From a virus, in the UHGV virus genome UHGV-1363143: DNA of 64,000 bases; one strand, 5' to 3'. Under the pieces are notes generated by a model. The model saw nothing but the letters and a program-made list of their open reading frames with translations. It was not told the origin of the DNA and searched no databases. Positions 18,216-29,392 of the stretch are shown here, piece by piece (position 1 is the stretch's first letter; the number at the start of each line of letters is the position of its first letter). The position numbers and the translations under genes were made by a program.

Positions 18216-19412
18216 CTATTTTTTCTTTTTCTTAGCTTTGCTAGCTATTGCTATAACATCTTCTGGATCTAATACTTCTTCCATCTCTTTTTCTATATCT
18301 GCTTCCTCGATCTTAGCTTCTTCTACTTCTTCATCAGACATAGCTACTATGTCTCCTTTAATCATTGACTGTAAATTAGCAAAGAATTGAGGATTATTCA
18401 TACAATATTGTCTGAACTTTGCAGCACCTTGCCATTGCATTTTTTCTCCATTAATAATTCTTGCTTCGCCATTTTCATCAGGTAATCTTATAAATGCCCC
18501 AGCCTTAGCCAGTATTCCTTGGCTTACTGCTAAGTCCAATGCTTCAAGATAAATTTCGGTACCTTGTCCATAGATTGCATAATATTGAGTCTTAACGTAA
18601 GGGAATCTATCAGTAACAACGTGGTTCTTTCTAACAGTAACTCCTATTTTTACTCCATCTTCTCTTTTGATAGGATCAGCTTCTTGTATTGATAACCTTC
18701 TTAAGTCAACAATTAGCATAGCTCCATATTTAATAGCTACTCCACCAGAAAGAGTAAGTGGATCACCCATAACCATTCCTCCAATTTGAGTTGTTAGATG
18801 TTGAACGATTACCATGGCAACTTCATTTTCTTCTACTATAGAAGTTATTTTTCTCATCATCTTAGCATTCATTCTTGATTGAGCACCTACTTGTAAAGAA
18901 TTCATATCTTTCTTGAATTCTTCTGATGGTACTAAGCATTTTAATGAATTGATTACTACCATATCTGCAACACCTGCAGCAAGATATGCTTCAATTCTAT
19001 TTATTGCTTCTTCACCAGCACCATCTCTATCATGCTCAATTAAAATGAATCTTTCTCTATCTATGCCAAACATATCAAGAGTTTTTTCTTTTAATGATGC
19101 TTCTGATTCTAGCCATATTGCAACGAAGTCTGGATTCTCTCTATGATGTTTACCAATAGTTTCAAGTAAGATTGCAGTCTTACCACTATCTTCTTTTCCT
19201 GTAACTATTGATATATTACCTACAGGCCATCCTCCACCTATAGCTTCATTAACATTCATAGAAGGAGTTGCTATGAATTTAGCTTTTAACTTTTCTTGCA
19301 TAGCTTCACTCTTACTAACTCTACCTACTATGTCCTTACCTGCCTTGTCATTGATCTTCTTTGAAATATTGTCAACCATTTTTAATCTTTCTGCTAAGCT
19401 CTTTTTTGCCAT
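18216..19412 (-). CDS. recA: RecA/UvsX-family recombinase
   Basis: AIGGGWPVGNISIVTGKEDSGKTAILLE...FVAIWLESEASL...MFGID is collinear with RecA [22 protein letters not shown]...FIDAEHAL...LGVD. Confidence 0.8.
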   Translation of the reverse strand: MAKKSLAERLKMVDNISKKINDKAGKDIVGRVSKSEAMQEKLKAKFIATPSMNVNEAIGGGWPVGNISIVTGKEDSGKTAILLETIGKHHRENPDFVAIWLESEASLKEKTLDMFGIDRERFILIEHDRDGAGEEAINRIEAYLAAGVADMVVINSLKCLVPSEEFKKDMNSLQVGAQSRMNAKMMRKITSIVEENEVAMVIVQHLTTQIGGMVMGDPLTLSGGVAIKYGAMLIVDLRRLSIQEADPIKREDGVKIGVTVRKNHVVTDRFPYVKTQYYAIYGQGTEIYLEALDLAVSQGILAKAGAFIRLPDENGEARIINGEKMQWQGAAKFRQYCMNNPQFFANLQSMIKGDIVAMSDEEVEEAKIEEADIEKEMEEVLDPEDVIAIASKAKKKKK

Positions 19413-19423
19413 ACTACACGCTC

Positions 19424-19771
19424 CTATAACTTTGTATTCTTTAGGATTTTTTCTAAACTCTCAGAAATAAACTTATAAGATTCTATTTGTCCTATTACAT
19501 CTGGAGTCTTAGGTAATTCTGATAGTAGATTAATCCTTTGTTTTGCTATACCTGAAACTAATCTTAAGATCGGTTTACAAGTATACATATCAAATAGCCC
19601 ATCTTGATCTTTGCATAATGTAGCAGCTTCCTCTAAAAGGATTGCTACTACACTATGCTTTACTGCTTTTTCATTATCAAATTTGGAAGATGATAACATT
19701 GCCCCAATATAATTAACTAATCCAGCTCTAATTTGAGTTTGGTCATTTGAATAAGCCATCTTATTCTTCAA
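19424..19771 (-). CDS. hypothetical protein
   Basis: 115-aa ORF. Confidence 0.4.
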   Translation of the reverse strand: MKNKMAYSNDQTQIRAGLVNYIGAMLSSSKFDNEKAVKHSVVAILLEEAATLCKDQDGLFDMYTCKPILRLVSGIAKQRINLLSELPKTPDVIGQIESYKFISESLEKILKNTKL

Positions 19772-22235
19772 CCTCCTCTGAATTATAAGAACTTACCGAG
19801 ATTCCTACTATTGCATCTCCTTCATTTAAAGTTAATAGCTTAACTCCTGAAGCAGATCTTCCAGTAATAGAAATATCTTCAGCCTTAACTCTAATCATTA
19901 AGCCTTGTTCAGTAACTATAAATATGTCATCTTCATTATTGACTGTATCGGCTGCTATGATATAACCTGTTCTTTCATTAATCTTATGAGAAACTATACC
20001 TTTTCCTCCACGACCTTGAATTGTATACTCATCTATAGCAGTTCTCTTACCTAATCCTGATGAAGTTAAAGTAAATAAGTAAGCCTTATTACATAAACTC
20101 ATGCCTACAACATAATCATTTTCATTTTTGAACTTCATACCAGTAACTCCAGTAGCAGTTCTACCCATTGGTCTTATGCTCTTTTCATCAACTGTAGTTC
20201 TTAATGATAAACCTGTTGCAGTATTTAAAATAACAGTATCTCCTTCTGATACAAGAAGTACTGCTGTTAAGCTATCTCCTTCTCTAAACTCAATTATCTT
20301 AGTAACAGATAATCTTGTTGATAGCTTATCAAGTGGTAATCTTTTAATAACACCTTTTTGTGTAGCTATTAATAAACTCTTAGAGGTATCATTTGTGTTT
20401 GCTGCTATTACATTTACAATATGTTCTCCATTTTCAGTATCTAAAGATAAGAAATTAAATATAGACTTACCTCTAGCGCCCTTATTGCTCTTTGGTATCT
20501 TATAAGCTTTTAATAGATGAACTTTACCTAAATTAGTAAAGAACATTATGTTATCCTTACTATTAGTAGTAAACATATACTTAATGATTTCATCTTCCTT
20601 AGTATTAGCCGCCTTAGTTCCCTTACCGCCTCTTCTTTGAGTGTTATATTCATCTTCACTTACACTCTTAATTAAACCAGTATCAGTAATTGTTATAACT
20701 AAAGCTTCATCTTTTATAAGATCCTCTTCATTTATTGATGAAGAATCATTTGTAATGCTAGTTCTTCTTTCATCTGAGAACTTATTTCTTAAAGCATTAA
20801 ATTCTATCTTCATGGTTTGAAGTAAAGCATTATTATCAGTAAGTATTTGGTACCAAGCTGACATATTAGCTTCAATAGAAGCTTTTTCTGCATTTAACTT
20901 CTCCTCAGAAGCTTTGCTTAAAGTCTTAATCTTCATTTCAGCAATATATTCTGCTTGTTCTTGATTAAAACCTAATTCTACTAATGCTTGTACAGCATTA
21001 TCTGAATGTCTAATAGCGTAAATAACTCTATCAAGCATATCTCCCTCAAAACACATTAAGATACCATTGACAATGTTATATCTCTTTTCTGCTTTTGCAT
21101 AATCATATTGTGTTCTTCTAATGATTACATTAGCAGCATGAGCTAAAAAGCTATTTAATATTTCATATATGTTTAAAACCTTAGGTTCACCATTTATAAT
21201 TACAGTATTATTAATAGAGAAATTGCATTGTAGATCTGTATGTTTTAATAGCTTATTGATTGCTAATTGAGGATTAGCATCTTTTTTAAGTTCAACAACT
21301 ATTCTTATACCTGTTTTATCAGATTCATCTCTAACTTCTTTAATTTCTCCTATAATAGCAGGTTTATCTGGCTTACCTTTTTCTTTAGTTACTCTAGATA
21401 AGGCATCCATTCTTTCTACTAATTTAGCTTTATTAACCTTATAAGGAATTTCTGTGATGATAATATTATTTTTTTCATCAGCTTCAAAAACACCTCTTAC
21501 AGTAACTCTGCCGTTACCTGTCTTATATGCTTCTTTAACTGTATCAATATTTACAATAGTTCCTCCTGTTGGAAAATCAGGAGCTTGTAATAATTCAATT
21601 ATTCTATCTATTGATATTGATTCTTCAGTCATAGTGCAATCAATCATATAATCTAATGCATTATAAACATCATTTACATTATGAGGTGCCATATTAGTAG
21701 CCATGCCGACTGCTATACCCATATTTCCGTTAAGTAACAAATTAGGTACAAGTGAAGGCAGTACAGCTGGTTCAACTTCTTCTCCATCAAAGTTTGGAAC
21801 TAAATCTATGGTGTTTTTATTTATATCTTCCATCATAGTTTGACCATATACAGATAACTTAGCTTCTGTATATCTCATTGCAGCTGCTCCATCACCATCA
21901 ATAGATCCAAAGTTTCCATGTCCAGCTATCATTGGATATCTCATAGTAAAATCTTGAGCCATTTTTACCATCGCTTCATATACTGATGAATCACCGTGAG
22001 GATGATATTTACCTAATACATCCCCTACGATTCTTGCACTCTTTTTATATGGCTTATCAAATGTTAATCCTAGTCCATTTGTTCCATATAATATTCTTCT
22101 TTGAACTGGCTTTAAACCATCATATACATCAGGTAAAGCTCTTTCGGTAATTACACTCATAGCATAATCTACAAAATGTTTTTTCATAGAATCTGCTATA
22201 CTTACCTTATCAATTCTTTCAATTACATCTGACAT
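19761..22235 (-). CDS. gyrA: type IIA topoisomerase subunit A (GyrA/ParC-like)
   Basis: [12 protein letters not shown] and [11 protein letters not shown], the latter carrying the active-site Tyr. Confidence 0.85.
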   Translation of the reverse strand: MSDVIERIDKVSIADSMKKHFVDYAMSVITERALPDVYDGLKPVQRRILYGTNGLGLTFDKPYKKSARIVGDVLGKYHPHGDSSVYEAMVKMAQDFTMRYPMIAGHGNFGSIDGDGAAAMRYTEAKLSVYGQTMMEDINKNTIDLVPNFDGEEVEPAVLPSLVPNLLLNGNMGIAVGMATNMAPHNVNDVYNALDYMIDCTMTEESISIDRIIELLQAPDFPTGGTIVNIDTVKEAYKTGNGRVTVRGVFEADEKNNIIITEIPYKVNKAKLVERMDALSRVTKEKGKPDKPAIIGEIKEVRDESDKTGIRIVVELKKDANPQLAINKLLKHTDLQCNFSINNTVIINGEPKVLNIYEILNSFLAHAANVIIRRTQYDYAKAEKRYNIVNGILMCFEGDMLDRVIYAIRHSDNAVQALVELGFNQEQAEYIAEMKIKTLSKASEEKLNAEKASIEANMSAWYQILTDNNALLQTMKIEFNALRNKFSDERRTSITNDSSSINEEDLIKDEALVITITDTGLIKSVSEDEYNTQRRGGKGTKAANTKEDEIIKYMFTTNSKDNIMFFTNLGKVHLLKAYKIPKSNKGARGKSIFNFLSLDTENGEHIVNVIAANTNDTSKSLLIATQKGVIKRLPLDKLSTRLSVTKIIEFREGDSLTAVLLVSEGDTVILNTATGLSLRTTVDEKSIRPMGRTATGVTGMKFKNENDYVVGMSLCNKAYLFTLTSSGLGKRTAIDEYTIQGRGGKGIVSHKINERTGYIIAADTVNNEDDIFIVTEQGLMIRVKAEDISITGRSASGVKLLTLNEGDAIVGISVSSYNSEEVEE

Positions 22236-22262
22236 GTTTATACCACCTTTTTCTTATAGTAT

Positions 22263-22886
22263 TTATTTGTTTACAGCTATCACTTGAGATGAACTTATTT
22301 CATAAGCTAACCTTTCTTGCTTATTGCCATCTGCATCTCTTTTGAAATATTTTCTTGATTGAAATCTTCCTGTAATTTCAAACTCTGTAGAGATATCTTT
22401 ACCAAATACATACTTAGAATCCTTACCCCAAGCTAGTATTGCTAGATAGTCTGACTTATTGAAAGGTCTATTAACAGCTAATATAAAATCAATTACTTTT
22501 CTTCCTGAATAGGTAGTTCTATGCTTACCTTTCTTACATAAGTAACCTCTTAGCTTAACTTCATTCACAAACGTGCCTTCTTTTGACACTTCTGCGTCTT
22601 TTGCAAATAAATAAGTTTCTACGCTTCCGTCAGCTTTATTAAAAGTTCTTATTTGACCTTCAAAACTAACGTAAGCCGCTGATTTTATTTCAGCGTCTAG
22701 TAATTTTTCTGAGACTACAACTGGAAGTATGTCTATTTCTCCACTTTTTCTCTCAACATCAACATCAACTATTAAGAAATCTTCTCCTAGTGTACTGTGA
22801 TACTTTCTATAATCGCTTGATATTTTTCCAGATAATCTTGCTATATTATTGTTCATTAATTCCATTTCTTCTTCCTCCGTTAACAA
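22263..22886 (-). CDS. SSB-like OB-fold protein (candidate)
   Basis: SSB-like pattern LAWGKDSKYV...GKDISTEFEITGRFQSRKY...KQERLAYEISSSQVIAV. Confidence 0.45.
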   Translation of the reverse strand: MLTEEEEMELMNNNIARLSGKISSDYRKYHSTLGEDFLIVDVDVERKSGEIDILPVVVSEKLLDAEIKSAAYVSFEGQIRTFNKADGSVETYLFAKDAEVSKEGTFVNEVKLRGYLCKKGKHRTTYSGRKVIDFILAVNRPFNKSDYLAILAWGKDSKYVFGKDISTEFEITGRFQSRKYFKRDADGNKQERLAYEISSSQVIAVNK

Positions 22887-24820
22887 TCAATATTTGCTTC
22901 TAATGCATGTTGCATAATAAATTCTCTTCTTGGAATTACTTCTTCACCCATGCATAAACTTAGCATATATTCATCTTTTTCTATGTCATCTATAGTTATT
23001 TGCTCTAATGTTCTAGTAGCAGGATTCATAGTTGTTTCCCATAATTCTTCAGGATTCATTTCTCCTAATCCCTTAAATCTTTGAACGTTAGTTACTTTAT
23101 TTCCATATTGAGCTATAAGAGCGTCTCTTTCTTGTTCATCTTTAGCAAAATAATTTTGCTTATTAATAACAAGCTTATATAATGGTGGGCAACTAAAATA
23201 CATATAGCCATTTTCTATAAGTGGCTTCATATATCTGTAAATATAAGTTAACCATAATGTTTTGATGTGAGATCCATCAACATCGGCATCACTCATAATT
23301 ATGATTTTGTGATATTTTAATTTAGATATATCAAATTCTTCACCTAATCCACATCCACAAGCTCTTACTAAATCCATAAGTCTTTCATTTTTAACTACAT
23401 CATGCAATCTTTTCTTCTCAACATTTAGAGGTTTACCGAAGATTGGTAATATAGCTTGAAAGTATCTATCTCTTGCTTGTTTTGCAGATCCACCCGCTGA
23501 ATCACCTTCAACTATATAGATTTCACATTCTTCAGCTTTTCTGCTTGTACAGTTACTTAACTTTCCAGCTAAACCTGTAGGATTATCAGAATTCTCTTTT
23601 ATCTTTCTTACAGCCTCTCTTGCTTTTTGAGCAGCTAGTCTAGCTTTAGATGCGTTTGCAACTTTATCAACTAGAGCTTTTGCTATAGCTGGATTATGGT
23701 CAAATAGCTCGGCCAAGTTTTCTTCAACAATCTTTTTAACAGCTTGTCTTACAGATGTCATTTTTATCTTTGCCTTACCTTGCCCATCAAAGAATGGATC
23801 TTGAACTCTAATGCTAACAATCGCTGTTAACCCTTCTAATGCATCTGATGAATCAAATTTTATATTTAATTTTCTTTCATTAATGCAATCTGTAACTACT
23901 TTTGTAATTGCTGTTTTTAATCCTGTTACATGGTCCCCATGTTCTGTTGTAGCAGCATTATTACAGAAACTTAATATATGTTCAGTATCATAAGTATCTG
24001 TATATGTCATTCCTACATATACCTCTACGCCATTGTGTTCACCTTGAATAGTAAAGGTATCAACTATCTTTGTCTTACCATTAACCTTACTTTCAACCAG
24101 TTCTCTTATACCTTCATCAAATTGATATGTTTCTTCTAATTTAACTTCATCACCTTCTGATACATATAGGTAATTCATTAATCCTGGATTTAAGTAAGCA
24201 AGAGTTTTTAATCTACTTGCAACATCATTAACATTAATAATGTCATCTTCTTTCCATATAGTTCTGTCTGGTTTAAAGATAACCTCTGTTCCTGTATCAG
24301 CTGGATCTAATCCTTCTTCTATTATTGTTAAATCTTGAGCTTTAATACCTTGTTGGAAAGCTATTTCATATTTCTTTCCTCCAGTTTTTACTCTTATAAC
24401 TAACCATTCTGATAAAGCATTAACAACTGATAAACCAACTCCATGTAATCCTGTAGTTTTAATTCCATTTTCTTTAGATTTAAAACCACCCTTTCCATCA
24501 TCTTCTACATTGAACTTACCACCACCATGTAGAGTAGCTGCAGCAATTTCAACTTGTGATATATTTGGATTCTTTTTAGAAGGTGCGACAGGTATTCCTC
24601 TACCATTATCTAAAACAGTGATAATTTCATCTTGGATGTAAACTGCTATTCCAGTAGCATACCCTGATGTATATTCATCTAATGAGTTATCTGCTATTTC
24701 AGTTATCATATGAGTTATATGAGGTAAATACATTCCAGGTCTAATTCTGACGCAATGCGGGAATTCTAGTTCAATTACTTCTGCTTGTTGTATTTCTGAC
24801 ATTCTTATCTTTCCTTTCAA
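22880..24820 (-). CDS. gyrB: type IIA topoisomerase subunit B (GyrB/ParE-like)
   Basis: GHKL ATPase motifs EIADNSLDE and DNGRGIP, GLHGVGLSVVNALS, Toprim EGDSAGGSAKQ. Confidence 0.85.
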   Translation of the reverse strand: MKGKIRMSEIQQAEVIELEFPHCVRIRPGMYLPHITHMITEIADNSLDEYTSGYATGIAVYIQDEIITVLDNGRGIPVAPSKKNPNISQVEIAAATLHGGGKFNVEDDGKGGFKSKENGIKTTGLHGVGLSVVNALSEWLVIRVKTGGKKYEIAFQQGIKAQDLTIIEEGLDPADTGTEVIFKPDRTIWKEDDIINVNDVASRLKTLAYLNPGLMNYLYVSEGDEVKLEETYQFDEGIRELVESKVNGKTKIVDTFTIQGEHNGVEVYVGMTYTDTYDTEHILSFCNNAATTEHGDHVTGLKTAITKVVTDCINERKLNIKFDSSDALEGLTAIVSIRVQDPFFDGQGKAKIKMTSVRQAVKKIVEENLAELFDHNPAIAKALVDKVANASKARLAAQKAREAVRKIKENSDNPTGLAGKLSNCTSRKAEECEIYIVEGDSAGGSAKQARDRYFQAILPIFGKPLNVEKKRLHDVVKNERLMDLVRACGCGLGEEFDISKLKYHKIIIMSDADVDGSHIKTLWLTYIYRYMKPLIENGYMYFSCPPLYKLVINKQNYFAKDEQERDALIAQYGNKVTNVQRFKGLGEMNPEELWETTMNPATRTLEQITIDDIEKDEYMLSLCMGEEVIPRREFIMQHALEANIDC

Positions 24821-24847
24821 TACTATTTTTTATCTTAAATGTATCTC

Positions 24848-25156
24848 CTATTGCTCTTTGGCAATGTTTTTTTGAATTTTGTCTGCTATATTAATTAAAT
24901 TATTAGGTAAATTAATAACAGTTATTAAAACTGTTCCCCTGAATAAATAAATTTTTCTATTGTACACCCTTAAATTATTAGCATTCTTATGTGTGAGATA
25001 CAATTTATCAAGATAGTGTCTAAGATTACCTTTTGCTTGTGCATGAGTAATACCATGTTCTAATGCTTTATTTGCAATCTTATCTGCTATCTTTTTACTT
25101 ACACCAAGTCTATCTTTTGTTCTTTGCTTGGCGTGATTAGTAACTATAGCTTCCAA
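24848..25156 (-). CDS. hypothetical protein
   Basis: 102-aa ORF. Confidence 0.4.
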   Translation of the reverse strand: MEAIVTNHAKQRTKDRLGVSKKIADKIANKALEHGITHAQAKGNLRHYLDKLYLTHKNANNLRVYNRKIYLFRGTVLITVINLPNNLINIADKIQKNIAKEQ

Positions 25157-25158
25157 AG

Positions 25159-25545
25159 TTACTCTAATACCTCTGGTTTAATACAACCTGTAATATGACC
25201 AAGAATAGCCTTTATCCCTGCGATCAAATTCTCTTCTTTGGTAAAGTTTGTATCTATAGTTAAATCTGCTTTAATAATTTTTGCTTCAGGTGTTACTATA
25301 GCTAGTTTCTCTCTAGCAACTAATTGAATCTTTGGTTCTCCTTTAGGCCCTTTATGAGTAGCAGCTACTATTATAAAATCACGATTTTGTATAGTGAATG
25401 GAGCCATAGGATTGTTAGCTAATGATTTAGCTGTATATAAAGCAACTTCTTGAATTTCTTCTTCTAAAGCAACTTCATCATCTATTTGCTTTGTTAAAGC
25501 TTTCTCTGCTTCATCAAATTTCTTTAATTCTTCATTAATATTCAT
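25159..25545 (-). CDS. hypothetical protein
   Basis: 128-aa ORF. Confidence 0.45.
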   Translation of the reverse strand: MNINEELKKFDEAEKALTKQIDDEVALEEEIQEVALYTAKSLANNPMAPFTIQNRDFIIVAATHKGPKGEPKIQLVAREKLAIVTPEAKIIKADLTIDTNFTKEENLIAGIKAILGHITGCIKPEVLE

Positions 25546-25589
25546 TTGCTATACCTCCAGTTGACATAAATAAGGCTAACAGCCCTAGA

Positions 25590-26138
25590 TTAAAATCTAG
25601 GGTTGCTAGCACCTGTTGGTACTCCTGGCATTGCTGGAGCTCCTGGTCTACCTGCTGGCATTCCTCCTGGTACTCCTGGCATTGCTGGAGCTCCAGGTCT
25701 ACCTGTTGGAGAACCTGGTACCCCTGGTCTACCCATTGGACTTGCTGGTGTTGCTGGTGCAAATGCTTGATCTCCTGCATTGTTTTGAGGTAATCTCTTA
25801 GTAAATGTAAATTCTGATACATCTAAGCTAACATTGTTTTGTATGTTACCATCTTTATCTTTATATCCAGCATTGAATCTTGCTGTAACTTCAATACTTG
25901 AGAATTCTTTTCTCATAGGATCATTCTTATCTAATTGACTAATTTGTTGTAATTGATCTGCATAGTATCCCCATGCTGTGAAGTTAATTAAAGCTTCATC
26001 ATAATATCCTTGGTCATTCTTTGTATTTAATTGAACATTCATTGCCCAGTTCATTCTTGATTTTTTATCTCCATTTGCTGGAGTATATTTCCCTTCAAAC
26101 ATTGGTAATCTTCCTGCTAAAATTACTAAATTCTTCAT
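25590..26138 (-). CDS. SSB-like protein with Pro/Gly-rich repeated C-terminal tail
   Basis: N-terminal MKNLVILAGRL plus an OB-like core (FTAWGYYAD...ARFNAGYKDKDGN). C-terminal GRPGAPAMPGVPGGMPAGRPGAPAMPGVP is encoded by a DNA tandem repeat. Confidence 0.5.
   Translation of the reverse strand: MKNLVILAGRLPMFEGKYTPANGDKKSRMNWAMNVQLNTKNDQGYYDEALINFTAWGYYADQLQQISQLDKNDPMRKEFSSIEVTARFNAGYKDKDGNIQNNVSLDVSEFTFTKRLPQNNAGDQAFAPATPASPMGRPGVPGSPTGRPGAPAMPGVPGGMPAGRPGAPAMPGVPTGASNPRF
25620..25735. repeat. imperfect ~45-bp tandem duplication inside the SSB-like gene
   Basis: cctgctggcattcctcctggtactcctggcattgctggagctcc recurs with small changes and encodes repeated GRPGAPAMPGVPG units. Confidence 0.55.
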
Positions 26139-26260
26139 AATTAATTTCTCCTTCGATTTATATATTTTTTGTTATTCATTTTCTTAATAATAAAAAAATG
26201 ATTCGCATGCCTTTATATTATGCGAACCATTTAAAAAAACCTATTTGTATCGTAAATTTT

Positions 26261-27319
26261 TTATGCTGTTTGAGCCATTGATTGTTGTATGAAGTAAATT
26301 AATCCTACAACATTAGTGTCATCAATATTGTCTATAGTTAATGTAGCATTATCAAAGTATTGTCTTACATATCCATTTAATTGATCAGCTGACATTTCTG
26401 CTTTATAAGAATTTAACCAAGCATTAGCATTGTATAACTCAACGCAATCTAAGAACCAGAATATGTTTCCATCACTAACATACGTATCAATAGTTGCTCC
26501 TGGAGTTTGATATGCTTCAGCTATTAAATTATTTAAACCTTCTTTTGTTAACCAGCTATTTTCCCATTCTTGTAATCTCACTCTAGCTTTAGCCAATTCA
26601 TCTTGAATAAAGTATAAGAATGCTTCTATTGTAGATGGATTAATTTCAGCTAATGTTGCAGAAGTTCCATCTGTAAAGTTATGATATAAAGTATCTAATT
26701 GGGCTGGATTGTTTGCGTAATCAAATGAAACCTTATAAGCCTCTAATTGATCTAAATGTTCTTGCTTGTATTCTGCAACTGGAGCAGTAGCTTGTGGAGC
26801 TGGAGCAGGTGCAGTAGCTTGTGGAGCTTCAGCTACAGGTGCAACTGGTGCTTCGTTCATTATAGCTTGTCCTTGTGCATTAGCAATTTCTTGCTTCTTA
26901 GCTTCTAATTCTGGAGTCATTGCATTATTATATGCCAAAACTCTTTCTGGAATAGCGAAATCCTCATCATTTAAATATGGTATACCATGTTGATCATACG
27001 GTAATGTCCATTGATCTCCTGCAATAGCATTATCTATAGCAGCAGCTACCTTTTGATTATTAGCTTGTAATTGTTCAATTCCTTCATTTAATGTAGATTC
27101 TCCTACTTTTTCTGGAGTACCTAAATCAATTCCTGTAGCATTAACAGCTTCATGTTCTTGAGGTAGATTAATTACTGAAGTATTTCCTTGTAAATATACA
27201 GCTAATGCATGTGCAATAGAAGCATATGCCATTGGTTTTGCATTAATATCACTCATTACATCTGCTGCTGTAATTGCCTTGTTTATATTATTCACAAATA
27301 ATTCATTTAATTTACTCAT
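26261..27319 (-). CDS. hypothetical protein with internal APxA repeats
   Basis: 352-aa ORF containing APVAPVAEAPQATAPAPAPQATAPVAE. Confidence 0.5.
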   Translation of the reverse strand: MSKLNELFVNNINKAITAADVMSDINAKPMAYASIAHALAVYLQGNTSVINLPQEHEAVNATGIDLGTPEKVGESTLNEGIEQLQANNQKVAAAIDNAIAGDQWTLPYDQHGIPYLNDEDFAIPERVLAYNNAMTPELEAKKQEIANAQGQAIMNEAPVAPVAEAPQATAPAPAPQATAPVAEYKQEHLDQLEAYKVSFDYANNPAQLDTLYHNFTDGTSATLAEINPSTIEAFLYFIQDELAKARVRLQEWENSWLTKEGLNNLIAEAYQTPGATIDTYVSDGNIFWFLDCVELYNANAWLNSYKAEMSADQLNGYVRQYFDNATLTIDNIDDTNVVGLIYFIQQSMAQTA

Positions 27320-27344
27320 GTTTTTTATCTCCTTTATAATCCTT

Positions 27345-28115
27345 TTATTTTAATTCAGATTCTATTTTTATAAATTTATCGTTTATTTCATCGAACAATT
27401 TTTGCTCGAATTGTTTGTCTGTAAATTCAAATTCAGAACTCTCCATGTAATCCATATTATTTAAATATAATTTAGGTCTACCTGGGTTTTCATCATCATT
27501 TGGTAGTACATATGGTTTTATGCCAATTTTAATCTTGTTTAAAAGATTGCTGATATGCAAATTAGTCAACCAATTACTATCTTCATAGTTAAGTGGATAT
27601 ACTTTTTGATCATCTAAATATTCTATGGCCATATGTTTGCTATCTAAATTCTCTAGTTCTAAAATATTTGAATCTTCTATGCCCTTTTCTGAAACTGTTA
27701 AGTCTGCTTCTTGAGATAAGTCTTTATGTTGTATCACAAAAACTACCTCTCCTTTTTCATTAACTGTTAATTTTCTTACATAATCATATGTGTCAATGTA
27801 TAGGTTATTTAACTTCACAACGTCATATTTTCTTTGTCCCGCAAGAATATTATTTCTTTTTAGAACAGTAACTGTTAGCTTAACATCTGGAGTTATTATA
27901 TTGCACTGATAAAACCTATCAGGCTCAACAGGAGGTATGACTCCAAAGTTTTGAAGCCACATTTCCTTTGCCTTATTTTCTTCTATTCCTTGAGCTTTCA
28001 TATTGTTTAAGAAATCATCAAGTATTTCTCTTGTTTCCACATGCTCATTTCTCCATTCAACCAAGCTTGGATTATTAATTGGTCTTGTAATAGGCTGAAT
28101 GTAATTCACTGTCAT
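27345..28115 (-). CDS. hypothetical protein
   Basis: 256-aa ORF. Confidence 0.5.
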   Translation of the reverse strand: MTVNYIQPITRPINNPSLVEWRNEHVETREILDDFLNNMKAQGIEENKAKEMWLQNFGVIPPVEPDRFYQCNIITPDVKLTVTVLKRNNILAGQRKYDVVKLNNLYIDTYDYVRKLTVNEKGEVVFVIQHKDLSQEADLTVSEKGIEDSNILELENLDSKHMAIEYLDDQKVYPLNYEDSNWLTNLHISNLLNKIKIGIKPYVLPNDDENPGRPKLYLNNMDYMESSEFEFTDKQFEQKLFDEINDKFIKIESELK

Positions 28116-28123
28116 CTCCTCCT

Positions 28124-29371
28124 TTAACTAGCTTCATCTACATATTCTAATTGAGGATCTCCTTCTTTAGTTAAACACTCTTTAGTCAATGTAATCTTAG
28201 ATACTTTTGTATCAGGTAAATCAAACATGTAATCTGTCATGAATTCTTCCATAACTGATCTTAATGCTCTAGCCCCTGTACCTGATTCTATTGCCTTATC
28301 AGCTATAGCTTCTAAGCATTCTTTTTCAAATTCTAACTCTATACCATCAACTTCAAATAGAGTTTTGTATTGTCTTACTATAGAATCTACAGGTTCAGTA
28401 AGAATACTTACTAATGCATCTCTATCAAGTTCTTCTAAAGTACATATAACTGGTAATCTACCAAGTATTTCAGGCATCATACCAAACTGTCTTAAATCTT
28501 TTGGAGTTATTTTGTGAATTAACTCATTATAAGAATGTTCTTTAGAAGCTACTTCTTTATTTTGAGTAAGACCTATTTTAGATTTCTTATAAATTCTTCT
28601 TTGAATGATTTTTTCTATATTCTCAAATGCGCCCCCACAAATGAATAATATATTAGAAGTATCTATTTGATAACATTCTTGATTTGGATGTTTTCTATTC
28701 CCTGACATAGGTACAGATACAACATTTCCTTCAAGCATTTTTAATAGTGCTTGTTGCACACCTTCACCAGAAACGTCTCTAGTAATAGATACATTTTCTC
28801 CTTTACGACCAATCTTATCTATTTCATCTAAAAAGACGATTCCATTTTCAGCTGCTTTGATATCACCATTAGCATTATCTATTAACTTCTTTAGAACTGT
28901 TTCTACATCATCACCTACATAGCCTGATTGAGTTAAACTAGTTGCATCTTGTATTGCATAAGGTACGCCCATTTTCTTTGCCATAGTTTCAACAAATAGT
29001 GTCTTACCACTACCAGATGGTCCTACCATAAGTACATTAGACTTTTTCAACTTCATATCTGTAGCTACATTATTATTGTAGAAAGTTCTCTTATAGTGAT
29101 TATAAACTGCTACTGCTATAACTTTCTTAGCTCTTTCTTGATTAATAATATAATCATCAAAGTGCTTTTTCATATCTGATGGTTTTAATCCAACTTCTAA
29201 TTCTCTGCTATTAACTTTATAGTTAGCCATAGCAGTTTCTATTGCATCGTTACATATTTTCACGCAATGTTCACATATAAGTAATTCAGAATTTATATCT
29301 GATCTTAGTAATAATGTACTTCCATCAATGTCGTATGAACTCCCGCAATATCCGCATGTTAATTTATCCAT
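28124..29371 (-). CDS. clpX: ClpX ATP-dependent protease ATPase subunit
   Basis: N-terminal C4 zinc-binding region (CGYCGS...CEHC), Walker [11 protein letters not shown], Walker [12 protein letters not shown]. Confidence 0.85.
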   Translation of the reverse strand: MDKLTCGYCGSSYDIDGSTLLLRSDINSELLICEHCVKICNDAIETAMANYKVNSRELEVGLKPSDMKKHFDDYIINQERAKKVIAVAVYNHYKRTFYNNNVATDMKLKKSNVLMVGPSGSGKTLFVETMAKKMGVPYAIQDATSLTQSGYVGDDVETVLKKLIDNANGDIKAAENGIVFLDEIDKIGRKGENVSITRDVSGEGVQQALLKMLEGNVVSVPMSGNRKHPNQECYQIDTSNILFICGGAFENIEKIIQRRIYKKSKIGLTQNKEVASKEHSYNELIHKITPKDLRQFGMMPEILGRLPVICTLEELDRDALVSILTEPVDSIVRQYKTLFEVDGIELEFEKECLEAIADKAIESGTGARALRSVMEEFMTDYMFDLPDTKVSKITLTKECLTKEGDPQLEYVDEAS

Positions 29372-29392
29372 AAGTCATTCCTCCATTTTTGT

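Noticed and set aside
25535-25822. 95-aa Gln-rich ORF (-) overlapping the SSB-like gene
   Set aside because: It is an alternative reading frame of the Pro/Gly-coding tandem repeat. It has no RBS and overlaps a better-supported gene entirely.
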